Shown one piece after another: positions 1-9,127 of a stretch of DNA of 64,000 nt. Numbering within the stretch: the first letter of the stretch is position 1; every line of letters begins with the position of its first letter. Source of the stretch: Bryobacterales bacterium (GTDB taxonomy: Bacteria > Acidobacteriota > Terriglobia > Bryobacterales > UBA6623); assembly GCA_965203925.1 (NCBI GenBank), contig OZ241924.1, positions 6,741,206-6,805,205 of the forward strand, given 5' to 3'. A program made the translations under genes and the position numbers. The notes beneath the pieces were generated by a model that was not told where the DNA came from, searched no databases, and saw only the letters and a list, made by a program, of their open reading frames with translations.

Positions 1-663
1 CGGTCGGATGTGAGCCGCCTCCAGGACCGGCAGCGTCCTCTCCCCCGTCACTGCGCACTGCCGCTCGTAACTCTCCGTTACGACCACCCGGAACGCTCCC
101 TGGCCGAGTCTCGGGTGGATTAGCTGGGGCTCCCCGAATCGTCGATCCGGAAGACCCTGCGCGACTGCTACCGTGCGCTGCATGCGCTCGATAACGGCGT
201 GCCACAGGCCAAGGCCCTCGGCGTCCTCAGTGTTGTAAGTCTTATAGTCGACAATCCGGGGAGACCAACTGTCTGGCACGGGAATCCAGTCCTCTTCCAC
301 GAAGAAGCTCGGTTGTGTGAGGATTCGGCAGCCGATCTCGAAGTTGCCTAGGGCCTCTTGGGGCACGCCTCGGTACTTCGCAACCCGCTTATACAGCTCT
401 TCGGCCGAACCTGTACCGTTAGCCACACCGAAGGCCTTCCATGCCAGCTTCCAGGGAAGTGCATACGAGTGGACGAAGATCCCGCAACCGGCAATCGCGT
501 TGTTGGGCGCGCGCAACTTGAACAGGAGCAACTCGCCCTGTGTGAGCGACAGGAACCTCTTCGGGGACGGTGACCAGAAATTGACCTCGTCCAAGCCCGA
601 TTCTCGTTGGAGGATTTTGAACCAGTCGTTGTCCGTTACCGCTACCACAAGCTTGACGCCCAC
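1..663 (-). CDS. HNH endonuclease (HNH_2-like), 3' end outside window
   Basis: Absent from the ORF track because there is no stop in the window. My own minus-strand translation from GTG at 663 gives VGVKLVVAVTDNDWFKILQRESGLDEVNFWSPSPKRF...GAFRVVVTESYERQCAVTGERTLPVLEAAHIRP. This is the C-x-V-T-G...LEAAHI-x-P signature that opens HNH_2-type nuclease domains. The start is uncertain; an in-frame GTG at 840 is also possible. Confidence 0.6.
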   Translation of the reverse strand, partial: MGVKLVVAVTDNDWFKILQRESGLDEVNFWSPSPKRFLSLTQGELLLFKLRAPNNAIAGCGIFVHSYALPWKLAWKAFGVANGTGSAEELYKRVAKYRGVPQEALGNFEIGCRILTQPSFFVEEDWIPVPDSWSPRIVDYKTYNTEDAEGLGLWHAVIERMQRTVAVAQGLPDRRFGEPQLIHPRLGQGAFRVVVTESYERQCAVTGERTLPVLEAAHIRP

Positions 664-1283
664 TGTTCGAGACCAGAGCCGATGTAAGGAGTCATTGTAG
701 TGGCTCCATGCTAGGATTCGATCGTCCGGCTGCGGTTGCAGTCGGTTCACGATCCGATTGATGCGACTGGCAGGCGATGGGCGTGAGCCCCGGAGTTCAA
801 CGGCATCATTGCGATGGCAGCCGCGCCACTCGCTCGGCACTTGACACTCCCGCCCTAGTCGTAAGTCGTCTGCGAGCAGCGGACGGCAGAGTCAGCCAAA
901 CTGTGCGGCCCATGGCTCGGCCGGAATCCCTGCTCGACGGAACTGGTCGGCCTGAATGGCGTCGACCTCCTCGATCAGCAGGACTCGCGGCTTCACCCGC
1001 GCCCGTAACCACCGTCCCGAGCCTGCCAGGGCCCAGCATCCGCGCCGTACTTGCCCGGGACAGTGCGCATCGCATCGCCCAAGAGGTTGTCTCGGATAAT
1101 CGTGTCAGCGCTCGACGGGAACTCCGCCGGGATCGCCACCATCGACCTAGCTACGTTCTCGCAGGCGGTCTGTTCGGCCTAGATATTCGAATCAACGCAG
1201 CAACAGTCGCCGCTGGCCTCTAGATGGGACACCAAGGCCTTCAGTGTCGTGGTGTCTTATCGTGGCGCGTGCCGTGATACGCT

Positions 1284-1646
1284 TTGGATATGCCTCGGGG
1301 CTACATCCCAATACTGATCTTCATCGCGATCGCCGTGGCGTTCCCGGTTGTGACGCTGATCGCCGCGAAGTTAGTCCGTCCCAGCGCCCCCGGCAAGACA
1401 AAGCTCTCGCCGTACGAGTGCGGAATCGCCCCTGAGGATGACACGCGCGGACGCTACTCAATCCGCTTCTACCTCGTGGCAATCCTGTTCGTGATCTTCG
1501 ACGTGGAGACGATCTTCCTGCTGCCGTGGGCCATTCAGTACGACGTGCTGGCCCTATTCGGCCTAGTGGAGATGCTCGTGTTCTTGGCGATTCTCATCGC
1601 GGGGTACATCTGGCTGTTCCGGCAGCGCGCCCTGAAGTGGGCCTGA
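1284..1646 (+). CDS. nuoA: NADH-quinone oxidoreductase subunit A
   Basis: 120 aa with three TM segments and the typical NuoA/ND3 motifs SPYECG and FDVETIFLLPWA. Confidence 0.85.
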   Translation: MDMPRGYIPILIFIAIAVAFPVVTLIAAKLVRPSAPGKTKLSPYECGIAPEDDTRGRYSIRFYLVAILFVIFDVETIFLLPWAIQYDVLALFGLVEMLVFLAILIAGYIWLFRQRALKWA

Positions 1647-1651
1647 CCGTC

Positions 1652-1676
1652 GGCCGCGCACAGCGCGGGCGCGGCC
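1652..1676. terminator. GC-rich hairpin between convergent nuoA and pfk (candidate bidirectional terminator)
   Basis: GGCCGCGC (1652-1659) and GCGCGGCC (1669-1676) form a perfect 8-bp inverted repeat around a 9-nt loop. It lies exactly in the 30-bp gap between the two stop codons. There is no U-tract. Confidence 0.35.
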
Positions 1677-2849
1677 CTAGAGTCGGCTGAGGAAGATCGG
1701 CGCCCCAGCCAGTCTGCCAAACTTGGGCCGGAAGCTCGCGGGATCGTACATCGATTCAACGTCCACCGAACGGGACTTGCCCTCGGCTCCCGGGATCTCC
1801 GCGTCAACGTAGCAGCCGCGCTGAAGAGCCATCATTCGGCCTGACCCGGAGTCTGCGATGCACTCGATCGCCATTGTCGCGAACGTCTTCGCGACAATTC
1901 GGTCGATGAAGTCGGGGGGGCCACCGCGCAGATCGTACGTCAGGTCGCTGACCATCGTCCCCTCGCCAAGTCGGACCTTGACTTCGTGGCTGAGCGCCTC
2001 GCCCACGCTCATCTTCTTGCGGTGCCCATAGGCATCCGGCTCGCCGTACTCCTGAACCTTGCGTCCGTGCCAAGTGGCACCCTCCGAGAGCACGACCAAT
2101 GCGTAGCTGCTGGGGTTCTCGTGCTTGTCGTTCTGCAGGACTTGCAGCAGGCTGTCCAAGTCGAAGACACACTCGGGAATGCAGCAGCGGATACCGACGG
2201 CATAGGCCGTGTACAGGGCGGTAAAGCCTGCATCGCGACCGAAAATCCGGAAGATCCCGACGCGCTCGTGCGAGCCGACCGTCGTGCGCTGGCGGCGGAT
2301 TGCGGCAACCGCCCTCGTGATGGCGGTCGAGAAGCCCACGCAGTACTCGGTGTTGGGCACGTCGTTGTCCATCGTCTTCGGGATGCAGACGACCGGGAAG
2401 CCTTCGAGGTGCAGCCTCCGTGCATAGCTCAGCGTGTCATCTCCCCCGATCGCGATGAGAGCGTCCAATCCGAGGGTCTCGAGGTTCTCGAGCACGACGG
2501 GCGTGAAGTCGAAGACCCCGGGGTTGACCTCCCCGAGGGTGCCGAGGCGGCCTTGCAGCCGACCCGGAAGTCTCGCCGCGCTCATGCGGGACGGCTGCGT
2601 GCGGGTCGAGTGCAGGAAGGTTCCGCCCTGGCGGGCGACGGTGCGAGTGTTTGCGCGGTCCAGCGGCAAGAGGTATTCCGGGTCAGCACCGTCGACGATG
2701 TGCACATGGGTGAGACCCTGCCAGCCGCGACGGATTCCGAGGACATCGATGTGGTGGTCTTCGGCGCACAAGACGGCGGACCGGATGGCGGCGTTCAGGC
2801 CGGGCACGTCCCCGCCCCCTGTCAGGATGCCGATTCGCTTGCGACTCAT
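1677..2849 (-). CDS. pfk: 6-phosphofructokinase (ATP- or PPi-dependent)
   Basis: N-terminus RIGILTGGGDVPGLNAAIRSAV, followed by IGGDDT and PKTMDNDV motifs of the PFK family. Confidence 0.9.
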   Translation of the reverse strand: MSRKRIGILTGGGDVPGLNAAIRSAVLCAEDHHIDVLGIRRGWQGLTHVHIVDGADPEYLLPLDRANTRTVARQGGTFLHSTRTQPSRMSAARLPGRLQGRLGTLGEVNPGVFDFTPVVLENLETLGLDALIAIGGDDTLSYARRLHLEGFPVVCIPKTMDNDVPNTEYCVGFSTAITRAVAAIRRQRTTVGSHERVGIFRIFGRDAGFTALYTAYAVGIRCCIPECVFDLDSLLQVLQNDKHENPSSYALVVLSEGATWHGRKVQEYGEPDAYGHRKKMSVGEALSHEVKVRLGEGTMVSDLTYDLRGGPPDFIDRIVAKTFATMAIECIADSGSGRMMALQRGCYVDAEIPGAEGKSRSVDVESMYDPASFRPKFGRLAGAPIFLSRL

Positions 2850-2906
2850 TCTCGATCCACCTCGCTCGGCCCAGTGCCGTTCCCGCGCCTAGGACCAGTC
2901 TGGCCC

Positions 2907-3446
2907 CTACTCGCCGTCGGTCTGGCCAACGGCTGCTGGCTTGCCCAAGTACGGGGAATCGAGCACGCCGGCTTCCCATCCAAGATGGTTGACATACAGC
3001 AGCACCAAATCGTCGTTGAATCGGGCCCGGCAATGCTGGACCACCCTTGCCTCCCAGCCCTCGGAGAACTTGTCCGTGTAGTCCCCGTCTTTGTCGAAGA
3101 ATCCGTTCCCGTCGTGCTCAATGCCGAGCAGGTCGAGGACGGACACGATCATGGGGATGTTTGACACCAACACCGCCTGCGTCAGGTCCCGCTCCAAGCC
3201 CTTGTCGCCGTCTTGGATGCGGTCCCAGAGTCGCGGGGCAATCGACGCCAACTTCCGGCGGTTCAGAGTCCTCAGCCTGGAGCGGATCTTAATGGCCCCG
3301 TACACCCCGAAAGTCCTCAGCGCGCCCATCGACACGCCCTTGACGAGATCACAGGAGCGCTTGCGGCCGAGCGCCTTGTAGACCGCTGCCAGTTCCACTT
3401 TTCGGAGAATACCACAGGCCCAGACGGGCCTATTTGAGGGCCTCAA
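2907..3446 (-). CDS. hypothetical protein
   Basis: 179-aa ORF with protein-like composition and no recognisable motif. Its 5' end overlaps the upstream methyltransferase gene, so the true start may be the internal ATG at 3329. Confidence 0.45.
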   Translation of the reverse strand: MRPSNRPVWACGILRKVELAAVYKALGRKRSCDLVKGVSMGALRTFGVYGAIKIRSRLRTLNRRKLASIAPRLWDRIQDGDKGLERDLTQAVLVSNIPMIVSVLDLLGIEHDGNGFFDKDGDYTDKFSEGWEARVVQHCRARFNDDLVLLYVNHLGWEAGVLDSPYLGKPAAVGQTDGE

Positions 3447-3999
3447 GCTCGAAAGTCAGCACTTTCCCGCGGATCACAAAGCAGAGGTAGTACTCCCAGA
3501 ACTTGCGGAATGGGCGCCAGCGATTGACCGCAAACTCAAAGCCAAGCATGCGCCACGCGCGCAACAGGCGCACGTGAAGGTGCAGCCGCCGGAATCGCGA
3601 CCCCGAGTAGTACGAGAAGCCGCCGGACTGCGTGAAGTACCGCAGCGAGAACGAGTTCAGGTGCCAACGGTGGGTAGGGTCCGCGAACGAACTGGCGTCC
3701 GAACAGTGCGGTGTCACGATCCGCAACACACCGCCATCGGCCAGAACACGATGGGCCTCCTCGATCGCAGCCACAACACTGCCCACGTGCTCGATCACGT
3801 GGATCATGCTCACCTCCCGGAAAGCACCATCGACGAACGGTAGTCCGGCGTCAATGTCCGCGACCACATCGGCTGACGTGCCGGGAAGCCGATCGATCCC
3901 GATCGCCCCGGGCCGCTTGTTTCGCCCGCAGCCGACATCCAGAGTGAGCGCCGTGCCAGCCAAGCGACCGATTTTACGCGTCCGGTCCCGGACGGCCAA
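3430..3999 (-). CDS. class I SAM-dependent methyltransferase
   Basis: LDVGCGRNKRPGAIGID (motif I, GxGxG-like) followed by DGAFREVSMIHVIEHV and GGVLRIVTP. This is a Methyltransf_11-like layout. Confidence 0.8.
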   Translation of the reverse strand: MAVRDRTRKIGRLAGTALTLDVGCGRNKRPGAIGIDRLPGTSADVVADIDAGLPFVDGAFREVSMIHVIEHVGSVVAAIEEAHRVLADGGVLRIVTPHCSDASSFADPTHRWHLNSFSLRYFTQSGGFSYYSGSRFRRLHLHVRLLRAWRMLGFEFAVNRWRPFRKFWEYYLCFVIRGKVLTFELEALK

Positions 4000-4039
4000 G
4001 GGACGGCTGTATCATGGGGCCGCCGGAGGCCCGGGCCGG

Positions 4040-4846
4040 ATGCGACTCAGCGCTAATCTTCGCGACCAGTACCGAGAGACCGGCCTGGTGTTTCCGATTC
4101 GCGTGCTGGACCAGGGCGCGGCGGCGGGCTACCTGACTGCCTATCAGGAGACCGCCAAGGTGGCGGGGTACGGCGGCAAGGCGGCCCAGCTGCCCCAAGT
4201 CCACCGATTCTTCGATTGGGCGTGGGAATTGGCCACGCACTCGAGCGTGCTGGAAGCGGTTGAGTCCGTGATTGGCCAGAACATCCTGCTATGGTCCGCG
4301 TCCGTGTTCCCCAAGACCCCCTTCGATCCCGGCCACGTCACCATGCACCAAGACGGCACCTATTGGGGGCTCTCCGGCGGCGAGGTCACCACTGCGTGGA
4401 TCGCCCTCACCGCAAGCACGATCGAGAACGGATGCATGCGCGTGGTCCCCGGCTCCCACCGCCTCGAGATCCAGCCGCACCAAGACACCTACGGCGCCGA
4501 CAACCTCCTCACCCGCGGGCAGGTGGTTCAAGCCGCCTATGACGAGGACGAGGTGATCGACGTGGAATTGCGGCCAGGCCAGATGTCCCTGCACCATGTG
4601 CGAGCCATCCACGGCTCGCGTCCCAACCGCTCCGCAGGCCCGAGGGTGGGCTTCGCGGCCCGGTACGTGACGCCGGACGCACGACCCACGTTGCCTGGCC
4701 AGACGGCTGCTCTGGTGCGGGGCCACGACAGGCCGGGCCACTGGGAACGCGTTGCAGGCCCTCCCGGGTTCGGCTCGCTGCAGAGCGCGATTCGTGCCCA
4801 TCGGCGCGAGGCTGCGGAGTTCGTCAAAGCCCTGACAGCTCGCTAG
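4040..4846 (+). CDS. phytanoyl-CoA dioxygenase (PhyH) family Fe(II)/2OG oxygenase
   Basis: HQDGTYWGL...TAWIALT...GCMRVVPGSH...HGSRPN motifs. I chose ATG at 4040 (MRLSANLRDQY...) because the 3632 start in the track overlaps the antisense methyltransferase gene. Confidence 0.8.
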   Translation: MRLSANLRDQYRETGLVFPIRVLDQGAAAGYLTAYQETAKVAGYGGKAAQLPQVHRFFDWAWELATHSSVLEAVESVIGQNILLWSASVFPKTPFDPGHVTMHQDGTYWGLSGGEVTTAWIALTASTIENGCMRVVPGSHRLEIQPHQDTYGADNLLTRGQVVQAAYDEDEVIDVELRPGQMSLHHVRAIHGSRPNRSAGPRVGFAARYVTPDARPTLPGQTAALVRGHDRPGHWERVAGPPGFGSLQSAIRAHRREAAEFVKALTAR

Positions 4847-4859
4847 GCCGGCGCTGGAC

Positions 4860-6512
4860 GTGACTGCAACCGCTTGGGCCTTGGCCCTAGGCGTCAACGT
4901 CGCGATTGCAGCGGCGGGCTGGCTGAGGTCCAAGCGCCCGCGGGATGCGACCGGCTGGCAACTCGCGGCACGCCGTTTGGCCTGGCCCGCGGTCGGACTG
5001 TCGCTGTTCGCTACCGCCATCGACAGCGGGGACTTCGTAGCGGTGGTGGGAGGGGCCTACACCTATGGCATCTCCTACCTGACCACGTGGTGGCTAGGCC
5101 TGCCGATCGGATGGCTGCTGCTGACCAGCGCGGTCCTGGTCCCGGTCTACCGTTCCGGCTTCTTCACGAACGCGGAGTACCTCGAGGCAAGGTTCAGTCC
5201 GAGTGTCCGGCTGCTGGGAGCGCTGGTCCAGATCCAGCAGCGAACTCACGTGATGGGGAACATGGCCTATTCTCTGTTCCTGCTGCTGGGCCTGCTCACG
5301 GGCTGGGGAGACGCGGCGTGGTGGCTGGTGGTCGGGCTCGCCGCGCTCGCGGCCTGGTACACGGCCAGCGGGGGCCTGCGGACGGTGGTCGCTACAGACT
5401 CGCTGCAGGCATTGGCCATCGTGGCCGGCGCCGGACTGCTGTGGATCCTCTCCTGGCGCGGGGCAGGCGGCTGGGACGGTATCCAGCAGCGCCTCGGTGA
5501 TCTGGATCCGGACCTTCCCCGTCAGGTTCTGGCCTACTCGGGCTTGGCCGGGCCGGGAGCCCCGCTCGCCTTGGTGCTGTTCGGGTGGATCACCGTGCAC
5601 GTGGCCTACTCGATCGTGAACCACTCGCAAGCAATGCGACTTCTTGGATGCCGCAGTGCGCGGGACATGCGGGGTGCGGCGGCGGTCGCCTCTGGCGTGC
5701 TGATCCTTGTTACGTGGTGCACGGTGACGATGGGCATTGCGGCCCGGGCGATGTACCCCGGCCTGGAGCGTGTGGACGACGCGTTCCCGCGGCTGTTCGT
5801 GGACCATGCGAGCGGGCTCCTCGCGGGGCTTGTACTGGCCGGAGTGCTGGCGGCCTGCATGTCGACCTACGACTCGATCGGCTCGGCGCTTGGCGCGGTC
5901 TTCACGCGCGACGTGTTCGGCCGTTTCCTCGTGCCCGGAGCCGGGGAGCGCGCCAGCCTCTCGACGACGCGGGCGGCCTCGGCCCTGTGCATCGCGGTCT
6001 CATTCGCCTACGTGCCCTTCCTCGATCAGGGCATGGTGTCTTTCTACTTGCGCCTCTCAAGCGTTGCGGTTGTGCCCCTGGCGACGGTCTTCGCCATCGG
6101 CGCGCTGACCAAGGCATCGAAGGGCTCAGGACTGGCGGGCCTGCTGGCCGGAATGTGCTTCGGTCTCTTGTCAATGCTCGGCGACCGCCTCGGCTGGCCG
6201 CTTCCGCTGGAGATAACCAGCGTATGGTGGGGCTACTTCTGGGCCGTGGCAGTGACAGCGGCGGTGATGGCGGGCCACACGGCGTTCGTCGGCCCGGCCA
6301 GCCGGGAGTCGCTGGCGGGGTTGACGCTCGGCAGCTGCCGGCGGGGAGGCACGTTCCGCGGAACAGGCTCGGGCTGGCAGGAGCGCACGCGGGCCGCCGT
6401 TGCAGCAGCGACCCAGACGGCGGCGGGGACCCGCGGACGGTGGGATCCCCAATGGACCACTGTCGTTCTCGTGACGGTGGCAGGCATCGTTTACTTTCTC
6501 TCGTTCGACTGA
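4860..6512 (+). CDS. sodium:solute symporter (SSS/SLC5) family transporter
   Basis: 550 aa, polytopic with about 13 hydrophobic segments. Typical SSS N-terminus W..A.R.L....VG.SL.AT.....F. Confidence 0.8.
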   Translation: MTATAWALALGVNVAIAAAGWLRSKRPRDATGWQLAARRLAWPAVGLSLFATAIDSGDFVAVVGGAYTYGISYLTTWWLGLPIGWLLLTSAVLVPVYRSGFFTNAEYLEARFSPSVRLLGALVQIQQRTHVMGNMAYSLFLLLGLLTGWGDAAWWLVVGLAALAAWYTASGGLRTVVATDSLQALAIVAGAGLLWILSWRGAGGWDGIQQRLGDLDPDLPRQVLAYSGLAGPGAPLALVLFGWITVHVAYSIVNHSQAMRLLGCRSARDMRGAAAVASGVLILVTWCTVTMGIAARAMYPGLERVDDAFPRLFVDHASGLLAGLVLAGVLAACMSTYDSIGSALGAVFTRDVFGRFLVPGAGERASLSTTRAASALCIAVSFAYVPFLDQGMVSFYLRLSSVAVVPLATVFAIGALTKASKGSGLAGLLAGMCFGLLSMLGDRLGWPLPLEITSVWWGYFWAVAVTAAVMAGHTAFVGPASRESLAGLTLGSCRRGGTFRGTGSGWQERTRAAVAAATQTAAGTRGRWDPQWTTVVLVTVAGIVYFLSFD

Positions 6513-6578
6513 CGAGGGGGCCAACCGGGGAACGCTGAAACCGGCAACGCCGTCGAAGGAACGGCCCGGCGCTGCGCT

Positions 6579-7502
6579 ATGATTCGGGAGATGCGCGGCC
6601 GGACAGAGGTTCGCGTGCCGGCCTCAAGCGCGAATCTCGGACCCGGGTTCGACACTTTGGGCCTAGCCGTCGGCCTGTACCTGGAATGCCGCTTTCGACC
6701 CGCGGCCGAGCAGTCGATTTGCGTCCGCGGGCGCGACGCGGACCAGATACCAACCGGACCCGAAAACCTGATCCTCGCGACAGCCAGAGATGTCGCGGAG
6801 TCACTGGGGCGACGGCTTCCCCCCGTCGAACTGGAGATTGACAATGAGATCCCCGTGGGCAAGGGTCTCGGGTCGAGTGCGGCGGCCCTTGTGGCGGGCG
6901 TGGTGCTGGCGGACTACACGCTCGGCCTGAAGTGGGACGAGCACCGCCTGCTCGACGAGGCTGCTCGCATCGAGGGTCACCCCGACAATGTGGCGGCAGC
7001 TGTCCTGGGGTCGGTCACGACGGCCGCAATTGGCGACGACGGGGTCACGCGGGCAGTTCGGCTAGAAGTGCCCAGAGCCTTCTCAGTCGCGATCGTCTGC
7101 CCAGACTTCCCGCTCTCGACGGCATCCATGCGGGCAGCGCTTCCAGACTCGTACCGGCGCGCGGACGCGGTCTTTAACATTCAGCGCGCCACACTCCTCG
7201 TGGCAGCACTGCTGAAGGGTGACAGGGACGCCTTTCCCGTGGCGTTCGAGGACAGGCTGCACCAGCCGTACCGCGAGCGCCACGTGCCCGGGCTCGCAAG
7301 GATTCTGCGGATGCGTGCGGAAGGGCTGCTGGGATGTGCCCTCAGCGGGGCGGGGCCTGCGGTCCTGGTGCTGTACGATACGGGCCGAGTGGATGCGGTG
7401 CACGCGGTGGCCCGTGAGTTCGGGCGAACGGGGTGCTCTGCCGAGGTGATGTTCCCGCACTTGGACCGGACGGGCCTAGTGGTGAGGGAGAATCCGCCGT
7501 GA
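6579..7502 (+). CDS. thrB: homoserine kinase
   Basis: VPASSANLGPGFDTLGLAV and PVGKGLGSSAAALVAG (GHMP kinase motif). Confidence 0.9.
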   Translation: MIREMRGRTEVRVPASSANLGPGFDTLGLAVGLYLECRFRPAAEQSICVRGRDADQIPTGPENLILATARDVAESLGRRLPPVELEIDNEIPVGKGLGSSAAALVAGVVLADYTLGLKWDEHRLLDEAARIEGHPDNVAAAVLGSVTTAAIGDDGVTRAVRLEVPRAFSVAIVCPDFPLSTASMRAALPDSYRRADAVFNIQRATLLVAALLKGDRDAFPVAFEDRLHQPYRERHVPGLARILRMRAEGLLGCALSGAGPAVLVLYDTGRVDAVHAVAREFGRTGCSAEVMFPHLDRTGLVVRENPP

Positions 7503-7504
7503 GG

Positions 7505-8431
7505 ATGAGCGAGAGCCGGAAGGCGCTGGCCAAGCTCGGCCTGCCCGCCGCAGATGACCCCCCGGAGCCGTCCCCGAAACGATTCCCGGACGGCGGCCAA
7601 TTCAGGATCGAAATCCCCAGCACCGAGGGTCCCGCCAGCTTGCGCGCCGTGCTTGAGGAGGGCCGGGCCAGGGCTGTTCCCGTGCACCGGGTCAGCCAGG
7701 GCAGCGGCATCATGCTGCTGTGCGACGACGAGATCCGGGAAATGGCAGCACTTGGCGACGAGGCGGGGGTCGAGGTCAACCTCTTCATCGGCCCGCGGGC
7801 CACGTTCGACATCGGCGCGCAGGCCTACTCTGCGGCCGGCAAGGCGCTTGGCCTGAGCTTGCGCGGCAGCGATCAGCTGGTGTATGCGCTCGAGGATGCC
7901 CGTCGGGCGGTGCGGCTCGGAATCCGCAGCATCCTGGTCTCCGACATCGGCCTGCTGGAGATCATGGGACGGCTCAAGCGTACCGGCGACTTTCCGGGAG
8001 ACCTGATCCTAAAGACCTCGGTGATGATGGCGCCCGCAAACCCAAGCTCAGCCCGGCTCTTGGAGGATCTTGGAGCGACGACCGTCAACGTGCCCTCGGA
8101 CCTTTCGCTGGCGCAGCTCGCGGCGATCCGGAAGGCGATCGACGCCCCTATAGACCTCTACGTCGAGGCGCCCGACAACATCGGCGGATTCGTCCGCCAT
8201 TACGAAGTGCCGGACTTCGTGCGGTGCGGCGCACCGCTGTACGTCAAGCTCGGCCTTCGCAACGCGCCTGACATCTATCCGAGCGGCACGCACATCGAGC
8301 CCACCGCAATCCGCCTCTCGCGAGAGCGGGTCCGTCGGGCGCAGCTCGTGCTCGAACGCATCGCGCAGTACGGCCAAGATCTGCGAATGTCGCCGATCGG
8401 AGGACGGGCCGACGCACAGGGGAATGGCTGA
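7505..8431 (+). CDS. conserved hypothetical protein (possible TIM-barrel fold)
   Basis: ATG at 7505 lies 2 nt after the thrB stop. Alternating beta/alpha-like pattern and coding-like composition. I cannot name a family with confidence. Confidence 0.55.
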   Translation: MSESRKALAKLGLPAADDPPEPSPKRFPDGGQFRIEIPSTEGPASLRAVLEEGRARAVPVHRVSQGSGIMLLCDDEIREMAALGDEAGVEVNLFIGPRATFDIGAQAYSAAGKALGLSLRGSDQLVYALEDARRAVRLGIRSILVSDIGLLEIMGRLKRTGDFPGDLILKTSVMMAPANPSSARLLEDLGATTVNVPSDLSLAQLAAIRKAIDAPIDLYVEAPDNIGGFVRHYEVPDFVRCGAPLYVKLGLRNAPDIYPSGTHIEPTAIRLSRERVRRAQLVLERIAQYGQDLRMSPIGGRADAQGNG

Positions 8432-9116
8432 AGTGGCCGGCCTTTGGCAGTCCGACGAGGAACTGTTCGACCTCATTCACCGGGAACTTTTCTCGGCAGT
8501 GGTCGGCGATGTCATGGACGAAATCGGACTGACCGCGCAATTCCTGCCGCCGTCAGTGCGGCCGCTGGACGTCGGGATGCGTGTTGTGGGCCGCGCCATG
8601 CCCGTGGTTGCGGAGCGCATCTCGGAGGTCCATGCGGACCTCTTCCGCGAACGGCCTTTCGGGCTGATGCTCGAGGCCCTTGACGACCTCAAGGCCGGCG
8701 AGGTGTACGTATGCGCCGCTCCGGACACCGACTTCGCGCTGTGGGGCGAGCTCATGACGATTCGCGCCCGGGCGCTGGGCGCGGCTGGGGCTGTGGTCGA
8801 AGGCTACTACAGGGACTCAGAGGGCGTCCTCAGCCAGCGATTCCCGACATTCGGCCTAGGGCCTTACGCGCAGGACATGAGAGCCCGCGGCGGCATCGCG
8901 GAATTCCGGACGACCGTGCGCATCGGCCAGGTGCGCATCCGACCGGGCGACATGGTGGTGGGAGATCGCGACGGTGTGTGCGTTGTCCCCAAGCGCGCCG
9001 AGGTCGACGTGTTCCGGATGGCCCTCGAGAAGGTCCGCGGCGAACAGCGCGTGAGGAGCGAGATGGTCGCCGGAATGTCCGCCACCGAGGCATTCGCCCG
9101 TTACGGGATCATGTAG
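8424..9116 (+). CDS. RraA-family protein (RraA / HMG-CHA aldolase-like)
   Basis: DVMDEIGL...GEVYVC...ALWGELMTIRARALGAAGAVVEGYYRD...GDMVVGDRDGVCVVP, the RraA-like fold signature. It overlaps the upstream gene by 8 nt. Confidence 0.8.
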   Translation: MAEVAGLWQSDEELFDLIHRELFSAVVGDVMDEIGLTAQFLPPSVRPLDVGMRVVGRAMPVVAERISEVHADLFRERPFGLMLEALDDLKAGEVYVCAAPDTDFALWGELMTIRARALGAAGAVVEGYYRDSEGVLSQRFPTFGLGPYAQDMRARGGIAEFRTTVRIGQVRIRPGDMVVGDRDGVCVVPKRAEVDVFRMALEKVRGEQRVRSEMVAGMSATEAFARYGIM

Positions 9117-9127
9117 CTGGCCGGGCC

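Noticed and set aside
892-1223. Possible DNA cytosine methyltransferase remnant because of a C-E-N-V tetrapeptide on the minus strand
   Set aside because: ENV alone is far too short. No PCQ, no SAM-binding FxGxG and no other C5-MTase blocks are visible, and the frame is broken. Kept only as unclassified gene debris.
3632-4039. Upstream extension of the PhyH-family ORF (404-aa version)
   Set aside because: The extension is antisense to the SAM-methyltransferase gene and has non-protein-like composition. The ATG at 4040 gives a normal-length PhyH protein.
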